Shown here piece by piece: positions 49,855 to 60,684 of a DNA stretch of 64,000 nucleotides. Origin of the DNA: Malacoraja senta. Lineage: Eukaryota. The first letter of the stretch is position 1. Each line of letters starts with the position of its first letter. A program made the position numbers and the translations under genes. Below the pieces are notes generated by a model. That model was not told the DNA's origin. It did not search any database and saw only the letters and a program-made list of their open reading frames with translations. The stretch is taken from assembly GCA_038087875.1 (NCBI GenBank), contig JAXLNO010005195.1:1-64000 (forward strand), in the 5' to 3' direction.

Positions 49855-50680
49855 TGCTGATAAATGTGAGGTGCAACATCTTGGCAGGACAAATCAAAAT
49901 AGGACGTACATGGTAAATAGTAGCGAATTGAGGAATGCAGTTGAACAGAGGGATCTAGGAATAACTGTGCATAGTTCCCTGAAGGTGGAATCTCATGTAG
50001 ATAGGGTGGTAAAGAAAGCTTTTGGTGTGCTGGCCTTTATAAATCAGAGCATTGAATATAGAAGTTGGGATGTAATGTTAAAATTGTTCAAGGCATTGGT
50101 GAGGCCAATTCTGGAGTATGGAGTACAATTTTGGTCGCCTAATTATAGGAAGGATGTCAACAAAATAGAGAGAGTACAGAGGAGATTTACTAGAATGTTG
50201 CCTGGGTTTCAGCAACTAAGTTACAGGGTAAGGTTGAACAAGTTAGGTCTTTATTCTTTGGAGCACAGAAGGTTAAGGGGGGACTTGATAGAGGTCTTTA
50301 AAATGATGAGCGGGTTAGACAGAGTTGACGTGGATAAGCTTTTCCCATTGAGAGTAGGGAACATTCAAACAAGGGGACATGATTTGAGAATTAAGGGACA
50401 GAAGTGTAGGGGTAATATTAGGGGGAACTTCTTTACTCAGAGAGTGGTAGCTGTGTGGAATGAGCTTCCAGTGGAAGTGGTGGAGGCAGGTTCGATTTTA
50501 TCCTTTAAAAATAGATTGGATGGGTATATGGATGGGAAAGGAATGGTGGGATATGGTCTGAGTGCAGGTAGATGGGACTAGGGGGAAGTAAGAAGAAAGA
50601 AGGAGGGGGGGGAGTGTTCGGCACGGACTTGAAGGGCCGAGATGGCCTGTTTCCGTGCTGTAATGGTTATATGGTTAATT
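49855..50680 (+). mobile_element. CR1 3' fragment, (ATATGGTT)n subfamily
   Basis: ORF 49838-50581, DKCEVQHLG..GRWD. Confidence 0.9.
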
Positions 50681-51090
50681 CCACAGATTCACCACCCTCT
50701 GACGAAATAAATTCCTCCTCATCTCATTTCTAAAGGAACGTCCTTTAATTTTGAGTCTATGACCTCTGATCCAAGACTCTCCCCTGCCTTCTCCCAATAA
50801 CCCCCGACACACGTACTAATCAAGAATCTATCTACCTCTGCCTTAAAAATGTTCATTGACTTGGCCTCCAAAGCCTTCTGTGGCAATGAATTCCACAGAT
50901 TCACCGCCCTCTGACTGATGAAGTTTGACAACTCTGGGCCTGTAGTCGCTGGCGTTTAGAAGAATGACGGGGGGTGGCTGTCAGGGGATATGGGGGGGAA
51001 GGCACAAGAACAGGGTTGAGAGGGAAAGATAGATCAGTCATGATTGAATGGCGGATATGCCACAGCCATAACTAAGAGAGCAACTGATCC

Positions 51091-52231
51091 TAGGGTCGCC
51101 AACTTTCTCACTCCCAAATAAGGGAACAAAAGGTCAAAATAAGTTGACCGACTTGGCTGTGGCTGGGTGAATGATGTTGACCCCGGGTACTGGACTACAC
51201 ACAAAGCCCAGCCATTGGGCCAGCTGAGGAATTTTGGCCCGGGCCGTGCGACGTCGCGCGCAAAGTCCGGCGCCCAGTCCAACTCAAGAATCGATGATCG
51301 GCCACGAGAAGGAGGGGTGGTGGTGGTGTCGATGGTAAGAGAAGGCCCGAAGGTCGGACATCTGGCCGGGCTGCCGACCGACCGACGGGGCCACGGGCGA
51401 GGCGCTGCTGCTGCACTCCATGGGCTGCGCTACGTCGGAACGGGTGAGGCGGGGGCCGGAAACGAGCTCTCCGACCCGACAGTCCTCTCGACCCGAGTAG
51501 TAGCAGTCAAATACGGGACAAGGGCAGTCCCGTATGGGACAAACTAATTTATAGACAGTAGCCAATAGGTGCAGCAGTAGGCCATTTGGCCCTTTGAGCC
51601 AGCACCGCCATTCAATGTGATCATGGCTGATCATCCACAATCAGTACCCCGTTCCTGCCTTCTCCCCATATCCCGTGACGCCATTATCTTTAAGAGCCCT
51701 ATCTAGCTCTCTCCTGAAAGTATCCAGTAAAAATAACCTACACTGCACTCCCTCAATAGCAAGAATGTCCTTCCTCATGTTCGGAGACCAAAACTGCACA
51801 CAATACTCCAGGTGTGGTCTCACTAGGGCCCTATACAAATCCAGAAAGACCTCTTTGCTCCTATACTCAACTCCTCTTGTTATAAAGGCCAACATACCAT
51901 TCGCTTTCTTCACTGCCTGCTGTACCTGCTTGCTTACTTTCATTGACTGATGAACAAGGACCCCCAGATCCCATTGTACCTCCCCTTTTCCCAACTTCAC
52001 ATCATTTATATAGTAATTTGCCTTCCTGTTTTTGCTACCAAAAAGTGGATAACCTCACATTTATCCTCATAAAGCTGCATCTGCCATGAACCTGCCCACT
52101 CCCCCAACCTGTCCAAGTCATCCTGCATCCTCATAGCATCCTCCTCACACTTCAAACTGCCACCCAGCTTTGTCATCTCCAAATTTGCTAATGTTACTTT
52201 ACCCCAATATACGGGACCGTTGGCAACCCTA
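51091..52231. mobile_element. hAT-type MITE with nested CR1 fragments
   Basis: TIRs TAGGGTCGCCAAC / GTTGGCAACCCTA, subterminal atacgggac repeats, partial TSD ACTGA on both sides. Confidence 0.65.
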
Positions 52232-53440
52232 ACTGAAACATAGAAACATAGAAAATAGGAGCAGGAGTAGGCCATTCGGCCTTTCGAGCCTGCACCGTTA
52301 TTCAATATGATCATGGCTGATCATCCAACTCAGTATCCTCTACCTGCCTTCTCTCCATACCTCCTGATCCCTTTAGCCACAAGGGCCACATCTAACTCCC
52401 TCTTAAATATAGCTAATGAACTAGCCTCAACTACCTTCTGTGGCAGAGAGTTCCAGAGATTCACCACTCTCTGTGTGAAAAATGTTTTTCTCATCTCGGT
52501 CCTAAAGGATTTCCCTTTTATCCTTAAACTGTGACCCCTTGTCCTGGACTTCCCCAACATCGGGAACAATCTTCCTGCATCTAGCCTGTCCAACCCGTTA
52601 AGAATGTTGTAAGTTTCTATAAGATCCCCCCCTCAATCTTCTAAATTCTAGCGAGTACAAGCCAAGTCTATCCAGTCTTTCTTCATATGAAAGTCCTGAC
52701 ATCCCTGGAATCAGTCTGGTGAACCTTCTCTGTACTCCCTCTATGGCAAGAATGTCTTTCCTCTGATTTGGAGACCAAACCTTTACGCAATACTCCAGGT
52801 GTGGTCTCACCAAGACCCTGTACAACTGTAGTAGAACCTCCCTGCTCCTATACTCAAATCCTTTTGCTATGAATGCTAACATACCATTCGCTTTCTTCAC
52901 TGCCTGCTGCACCTGCATGCCTACTTTCAATGACTGGTGTACAATGACACCCAGGTCTCGTTGCATCTCCCCTTTTCCTAATCGGCCACCATTTAGATAA
53001 TAGTCTACTTTCCTGTTTTTGCCACGAAAGTGGATAACCTCACATTTATCCACATTATACTGCATCTGCCATGCATTTGCCCACTCACCTAGCCTATCCA
53101 AGTCACCTTGCAGCCTCCTAGCATCCTCCTCCCAGCTAACACTGTCCCCCAGCTTCGTGTCATCTGCAAACTTGGAGATGTTTGCATTCAATTCCCTCGT
53201 CCAAATCATTAATATATATTGTAAATAGCAGGGGTCCCCAGCATTGAGCCTTGTGGTACCCCACTAGTCACTGCCTGCCATTCTGAAAAGGGCCCGTTTT
53301 ACTCCTACCCTTTGCTTCCTGTTTGCCAGCCAGTTCTCTATCCACATCAATACTGAACCCCCAATACTGTGTGCTTTAAGTTTGTATACTAATCTCTTAT
53401 GTGGGACCTTGTCGAAAAGCCTTCTGAAAGTCCAAATATA

Positions 53441-55034
53441 CATTGGCTTGCAAACATTTTCATACCCCTTGAACTTTTCCACATTTTGTCACGTTACAAC
53501 CAGAAACATAAATGTATTTTATTGGGATTTTATGTGATAGACCAACACAAAGTGGTGCATAATTGTGAAGTGGAAGGAAAATGATACATGGTATTCAAAT
53601 TTTTTAACAAATAAAAAACTGAAAAGTGTCGCCTGCAAAAGTATTCAGCCCCCCGAATCAATACTTTTGTAAGAACCACCTTTCGCTGCAATTACAGCTG
53701 CAAGTCTCTTGGGGTATGTCTCTACCAGCATTGCACATCTAGAGACTGAAATTTTTGCCCATTCTGCTTTGCAAAATAGCTCAAGCTCAGTCAGATTGGA
53801 TGGAGAGCGTCCTGTGAACAGCAATTTTCAAGTCTTGCCAGAGATTCTCAATTGGATTTAGGTCTGGACTTTGACTGGGCCAATCTAACACATGAATATG
53901 CTTTGATCTAAACATTCCATTGTAGCTCTGGCTGTATGTTTAGGGTCGTTGTCCTGCTGGAAGGTGAACCTCCGCCCCAGTCTCAAGTCTTTTGCAGACT
54001 CGAACAGGTTTTTCTTCCAAGATTGCCCTGTATTTGGGTCCATCCATCTTCCCATCAACTCTGACCAGCTTCCCTGTCCCTGCTGAAGAAAAGCATCCCC
54101 ACAGCATGATGCTGCCACCACCATGTTTCACAGTGGGGATGGTGTGTTCAGGGTGCTGTGCAGTGTTAGGTTTTCCACCACACATAGCGTTTTGCATTTA
54201 GGCCAAAAACTTCAATTTTGGTCTCATCTCACCAGAGCACCTTCCTCCACATGTTTGCTGTGTCCCCCACATGGGACTTCGTATGGCTTTTTTTTCAACA
54301 ATGGCTTTCTCTCTTGCCACTCTTCCATAAAGGTCCGATTTGTGGAGTGCACGACTAATAGTTGTCCTGTGGACAGATTCTCCCCACCTGAGCTGTGGAT
54401 CTCTGCAGCTCCTCCAGAGTTTACCATGGGCCTCTGGCTGCTTCTCTGATCAATGCTCTCCTTGCCCGGCCTGTCAGTTTAGGTGGACGGCCATGTCTTG
54501 GTAGGGTTTGCAGGTTGTGCCATACTCTTTCCATTTTCGGATGATGGATTGAACAGTGCTCCGTGAGATGTTCAAAGCTTGGGATATTTTTTTTATAACC
54601 TAACCCTGCTTTAAACTTCTCCACAACTTTGTCTGGTGTGTTCCTTGGGCTTCATGATGCTGTTTGTTCATTAATGTTCGCTAACAAACCTCTGAGGCCT
54701 TCACAGAACAGCTGTATTTATACTGAGATTAGATTACACACAAGTGGACTCTATTTACTAATTAGGTGACTTCTGAAGACAATTGGTTGCACTGGATTTT
54801 ATTTAGGGGTATCAGTGTAAAGGGGGCTGAATACTTTTGCACACGACACTTTTCAGTTTTTTATTTGTAAAAAAATTTGAAAACCATGTATCATTTTCCT
54901 TCCACTTCACAATTATGCGCCACTTTGTGTTGGTCTATCACATAAAATCCCAATAAAATTCATTTACGTTTGTGGTTGTAACGTGACAAAATGTGGAAAA
55001 GTTCAAGGGGTATGAATACTTTTGCAAGCCACTG
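53441..55034 (-). mobile_element. Full-length Tc1/mariner (IR/DR type) transposon, 1594 bp, nested in a CR1
   Basis: ~213-bp TIRs (CA(G/T)TGGCTTGC..) each with outer and inner AAAAGTATTCA-type direct repeats; TA duplication at 53439-53440 and 55035-55036. Confidence 0.95.
53658..54655 (-). pseudogene. Tc1 DD34E transposase, disrupted
   Basis: [58 protein letters not shown]; in-frame stop and frameshifts. Confidence 0.9.
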
Positions 55035-55199
55035 TAACACATCCACTGGTTCTCCCTTATCCACTCTACTTGTTACATCCTCGAAAAATTCTATAGATTC
55101 GTCAGAACTGAGCCCTACATGAAAGCCAGATGCAGGGTACAGATTACACACAGAAATCCCACCTGCACTACCCTACCGCCCCGTCGCCCACCCGCCTAC

Positions 55200-55366
55200 C
55201 TCTCGTGGGGCGTGGATGGTGACAAACTCAGCAAAGATGTTCCTGGCCTTGGCAGCGAGTTTGCCCATGGACCTGGTATTCCGGTAGTCCTCACAAGCCT
55301 GCCAGAAGTCAATGTTCTCCTCGCTGAACTCAGTGTGCAGGAAGCCTTTGAACGCAATCAGTCCGT
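55200..55366 (-). CDS. R4-family RGS penultimate exon
   Basis: 167 bp, acceptor ccgcag|, donor GAG|GTAGGC; GLIAFKGFLHTEFSEENIDFWQACEDY..IFAEFVTIHAPRE, joins in frame to the last exon. Confidence 0.93.
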
Positions 55367-55399
55367 CTGCGGAGAAAGGGGTAGATCGTAAAGCGGAGA

Positions 55400-55981
55400 T
55401 GAATGACTAAATAAGATTAATGGCCAAGTATTCACTTACAAGGAATTTGCCTTGGTGCTCCGCCCGCAAGTGACAACATGACATACAGTGACAGGTAGGA
55501 ATGACACATAAAACATTAAACATTAATAATAAAATATTATTGATTAAACATGTGAATTAAATAAAATACCAGAGCAAAAGGAGGCTACAGATTTTTGGTT
55601 ATTGAGTAGAGCTACTACTCGTGGAAAAAAGCTGTTTTTACATCTGGCTGTGGCAGCTTTGACCGTCCGGAGTCGCCTTCCAGGGGGAAGTGAATCAAAG
55701 AGTCTGTGGCCAGGGCGAGAGGGGTCAGAGATGATCTTGCCCGCTCGCTTCCTGGCCCTTGCAGTGTACAGTTCGTCAATGGAGGGAACTTTGCAGCCAA
55801 CAATCTTCTCAGCTGATCGGACGTTTCGCTGCAGCCTCCGGATGTCGTGCTTTGTGGCTGAGCCAAACCAGACCATGATGGAGAAGGTGAGGACAGACTC
55901 TACGATGGCCATCATTGCCTGTGGCAGATTGTGCTTCCTCAGCTGCCGCAGGAAGTACATCCTCTGTTGTGTCTTTTTGAA
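55400..55981 (-). mobile_element. Rex1/Babar 3' fragment
   Basis: KKTQQRMYFLRQLRK..ESVLTFSIMVWFG..GRRLRTVKAATARCKNSFFP. Confidence 0.88.
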
Positions 55982-56786
55982 GGGTGGCACGACCTTACAG
56001 CGCCACAGCCCTGGTTCGATGCTGACTGCTGGTGCAGTCTGCACAGATTTTGTACATTCTCCCCGTCACCTGCAGGGTTTTCTCTGAGATCTACTGTTTC
56101 CTCCCACACTCCAAAGACGTACAGGTTGTAAGTCAATTGGCTTTGGTATAAATGTAAATTTTCCCTACTTGTGTGGATGTGCGGTGATCGCTGGTCGGTG
56201 CGGACTCGGTGGGCCGAAGGGCCTGTTACTGCGCTGTAACTCTGGACTAAAGGCAGATAGTGGTACTGATTGGGCATGATCAGCCATGATCACATTGAAT
56301 GGCGGTGCTGGCTCGAAGGGCCAAATGGCCTACTTCTGCACCTATTGTCTTTAATCTACTGTCAAAAACAGAACCAAACATAGCAGAAGGCCACTCTGCC
56401 CGTCCCTCCTGTTCTGCCACTCACTAAAGTGGGGTCTTGGCACTGAATTCTCCGATTCATAAATTCATGTTTATTTAACAGGAGCAGAATGGGGCCATTT
56501 GGCCCGTCAATCTACTCTGCCATTCAAGCATGGCTGATCTATCTTTCCCACTCAACCCCATTCTCCCGCCTTCTCCCCATAACCCCCTGACACACACTTA
56601 CTAATCAAGAATCTGTCATTCTGCGCTTTATAAATATCCACTGACTTAGCCTCCACAGCCGTCTGTGGCAATGAATTCCACAGACAATACGGGTGACAGG
56701 TTATATTGCACTAAAAGTCATTCCCTCTATTCGTACACTGATGGCATGATTGTAATCTTTACTTTGGTTTACTTTAGGGATTACAG

Positions 56787-57135
56787 CGTGGATTGTCACC
56801 TTGTCGTGGTGGAGAAGCTTGTGTGAACCTGAGAGCGATACCGTCTGGAGCTATGCTCCTGGTAGGGCCACCCATGGCGGTAAGGTCGAGGGGGAGGTCT
56901 CTGACAAAGAGCAATCCAACCAAGACCTCAATGGTGGAACAGGCGGAGGACGATGGCTGACCTTAGTGGAGCGTCACAACGGCTGGGAAGGCGGATGAAG
57001 GCTGCAGCAGAAAAGGGTCTCCGGTCGTCTTGGACTCCATGCCACTGGATCCCGACCCAGATCCGTCAAGGACCGTGGGGTGGCTGTCTGTGCACCAGTC
57101 TCCCCACGTTAAACAAAGTCACGCACAGGCGTCCT
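56787..57135 (+). mobile_element. Short non-coding RTE-like element, copy 2
   Basis: Same sequence as 44268-44635. Confidence 0.6.
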
Positions 57136-58327
57136 GCATGACAGACAGTCACACTCGTTTCGAGTGACTGCCAATGATGATGACAGCGTGGAAACATATA
57201 AGATTGTTCAGGGTTTGGACACGCTAGAGGCAGGGAACATGTTCCCGATGTTGGGGGAGTCCAGAACCAGTGGCCACAGTTTAAGAATAAGGAGTAAGCC
57301 ATTTAAAACCGAGACGAGGAAACACCTTTTCTCACAGAGAGTGGTGAGTCTGTGGAATTCTCTGCCTCAGAGGGCGGTGGAGGCCGGTTCGCTGGATGCT
57401 TTCAAGAGAGAGCTAGATAGGGCTCTTAAAGATAGCGGAGTCAGGGGATATGGGGAGAAGGCAGGAACGGGGTACTGATTGTGGATGATCAGCCATGATC
57501 ATATTGAATGGCGGTGCTGGCTCGAAGGGCCGAATGGCCTACTCCTGCACCTATTTTTGGCCCAACGAGTCCTCGCCAACCAGGGATCACCCCATACATT
57601 CCCACTATTATATCAACTGAAGACAATTTACAATTTTACAATTCATAGAAGCCAATTAACCTTCAAATCCTGTCTGGGCTTTGGAATATGGGAGGAAACC
57701 GGATCACCCGGAGAAAACCCATGAACCACATGAAGAATGTACAAACTCCGGAAACACCATGGCTTCACTGTGTCTCCCTGATTGTAGCCACACGTGGTAT
57801 CTTCGCCAACTGGATAGCAAGCAACAAAAAGCTCTTCACTGCACTTTGATTACTGTACTGAGCAGAAGAATCGAGTAGCTTCAGAGGGATGTGGGCCAAA
57901 CGCAGGCAGGTGGGACGTGTAGATGGGGTCACAATCTTACAAGAAGAAACATAGAAACAAAGAAAATAGGTGCAGGAGTAGGCCATTCGGCCCTTCGAGC
58001 CTGCACCGCCATTCAATATGATCATGGCTGATCATCCAACTCAGTATCCTGTACCTGCCTTCTCTCCATACCCCCTGATCCCTTTAGCCACAAGGGCCAC
58101 AACTAACTCTTAAATATAGCCAATGAACTGGCCTCAACTACTTTCTGTGGCAGAGTATTCCACAGATTCACCACTCTCTGTGTAAAAAATGTTTTTCTCA
58201 TCTCAGTCCTAAAAGATTTCCCTCTTATCCTTAAACTGTGACCCCCTTGTTCTGGACTCCCCCAACATCGGGAACAATCTTCCTGCATCTAGCCTGTCCA
58301 ACCCCTTAAGAATTTTGTAAACATTTA

Positions 58328-58782
58328 AGGGCCTGTCCCACTTGGCCGTCATTTGTGCCTCATTTACACGTTATATGTAAATTTGGTCGACGCGTCATGA
58401 CGTGTGGGGTGCACCGTGAGGCGTTGCGCATGGTGAGGCGTGGAATCGTATGCGGTGGCGCGTGGTATCGCGCGGTGCTCCAGGATTTAGTTCGGGAACA
58501 AAATCCTCGCGCGCCACCTGCGTGACGTATCGCATACGCACGCTGACGCAATGGCGTCGCACGCTGGCGTCCCGACGTCTCACGTGCGTCGCGTGGTGAT
58601 GCATGGTTACGTCACCGTGTGTCAACGTCCTTGCGTAAGCATCCTGTCGCGCGCACCAGACGGCTGTGCTGACGCGTGATGACACGTGATTTGTGCGCGA
58701 TGGCGCGCATCACGATGCGTCAACCTATTTTACATATGACGCCTAAATGAGGCGCAAATGACGGCCATGTGGGACAGGCCCT
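58328..58782. mobile_element. PIF/Harbinger-type MITE, intact, 455 bp
   Basis: Ends AGGGCCTGTCCCAC / GTGGGACAGGCCCT, ~75-bp imperfect TIR, TTA duplication at 58325-58327 and 58783-58785. Confidence 0.85.
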
Positions 58783-59094
58783 TTAGACTGGTACATAAAT
58801 AGGACCAGGTTTAATGGGGTGTGGGGCAAATGTAGGCAGGTGGAACATGTAGATGGGGCAGGTAGACACAGGTAGATCTAAGTAATATCCAAGTACTTAG
58901 TTCCTCCAATTCACAAGAGTCAGGCCCATTGTTTTTCGATAAGATGGATAAACAAGACACTATACCTAAAATAGGCACAAAATGCTGGAGTAATTTAACG
59001 GGACAGGCAGCGTCTCTGGACAGAAGGAATGGGTAATGTTTTGGTTCGAGACCCTTCTTCAGACTAGATGGAGGCATGTTTTTAGGGGTGATTT

Positions 59095-59447
59095 TTTAAT
59101 CAAAAAATATTCATCAACAAGCCAGAACCCACCACCATAATACAAGACAAATGAATATACTAATCTACTATACAACTACTGCTTGTTACAATCCTTGTCA
59201 AGGATGCATTCCACCCCCCGCGGTGCTCAGCGGTCCCGGAAATTTCCCAGGGTACCCGTGGACAGCGCGTCTAACACCACCCGGGCTCGGACGTAACCCT
59301 GGAAAAGGGGCCAGGCAGCCGGCTTGGGCAGAGCCAGCTTCCGCCTGGCGCCGTGACTCGCGGATGGATGGCCAGCTTGGCCAGGCCCAGGAGCAACCCA
59401 ACCAGGACATCTTTGGCCCTGCTACCCTCTCCCCTACGCACGGGGTG
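59095..59447 (-). mobile_element. Tx1-like (L1 clade) LINE 3' end
   Basis: LLLGLAKLAIRESRRQA..VRARVV..LSTGTL..F.DR..P.GVECILDKD; shares sequence with 63700-64000. Confidence 0.65.
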
Positions 59448-60482
59448 AGATGGAGCATGTTGGTCGGCTTGGGCAAGTTGGGCCGATTACCACGCTGTTC
59501 GACTCTAAATCTCTAAATGAGAATACCTCTGATTCTTCTCGACGTTAGCTAGTCTAGACCCATATTGCCTATCCTCCCAACACACAACAAACCCACCATC
59601 CCTGGGATAAAGCCAACAGAAACTCAGAGGTAACTTGATATAATCTGTTTGCACAACATGTTCTGCAGTAGCAGCTTCCCGTCAGCAGAGGGGGTGCCCG
59701 GACAACTGTTTTGTTTTAGACAATAGGCAAGAGACAATGGACAATAGGTGCAGGAGTCGGCCATTCGGCCCTTCGAGCCAGCACCGCCATTCACTGTCAT
59801 CATGGCTGATCATCCCCAATCAGTACCCCGTTCCTGCCTTTTCTCCCCATATCCCCTGACTCCGCTATCTTTAAGAGCCCTATCTTGCTCTCTCTTGAAA
59901 GCATCCAGAGAACCGGCCTCCACCACCCTCTGAGGCAGAGAATTCCACAGACTCACAACTCTCTGTGAGAAAAAGTGTTTCCTCGACTCCGTTCTAAATG
60001 GCCTACCCTTATTCTTAAACTGTGTGGCCCCTGGTTCTGGACTCCCCCAACATCGGGAACACGTTTCCTGCTTCTAGCGTGACCAAACCCTTAACAATCT
60101 TATATGTTTCAATAAGATGCCCTCTCATCCTTCTAAACCCCATCCTTCTAAACCCCATTAACAAGCATTATAAATTAAATCAGTCATACATTAATTCATC
60201 AATTAATAGCTGCTCTCTGCCAGTCGGATGGTCTAATAGCAGAAACATTCCCTCGGGCGAATTCTTTCTAAAGGCTTATTAAATACCACAGTGTGCACTG
60301 ATTTGTGACTGTGACTACGCCTGGTGAGTTTCTGATCAGCTGTGGTATAGACAATAGACAATAGACAATAGTGCAGGAGTAGGCCATTTGGCCCTTCGAG
60401 CCTGCACCGCCATTCAATGTGATCCATGGCTGATCATCCCTAATCCGTACCCCGTTCCTGCCTTCTCCCATATCCCCTGACT

Positions 60483-60682
60483 NNNNNNNNNNNNNNNNNN
60501 NNNNNNNNNNNNNNNNNNNNNNNNNNNNNNNNNNNNNNNNNNNNNNNNNNNNNNNNNNNNNNNNNNNNNNNNNNNNNNNNNNNNNNNNNNNNNNNNNNNN
60601 NNNNNNNNNNNNNNNNNNNNNNNNNNNNNNNNNNNNNNNNNNNNNNNNNNNNNNNNNNNNNNNNNNNNNNNNNNNNNNNNNN
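60483..60682. other. Assembly gap (200 N)
   Basis: Run of N. Confidence 1.
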
Positions 60683-60684
60683 GG

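Larger units (their letters stand above)
52236..55110 (-). mobile_element. CR1 fragment split by the Tc1 insertion
   Basis: ctgaaagtccaaata|TA|acacatccactgg rejoins into the YLDFQKA region; ORF 52598-53209. Confidence 0.9.

Noticed and set aside
57780-60340. Candidate upstream RGS exons in unique patches (57780-57880, 58880-58960, 59520-59700, 60130-60340)
   Set aside because: No frame gives a W-x-x-S-L-x-x-L-L helix-1 motif with a compatible phase-1 donor.
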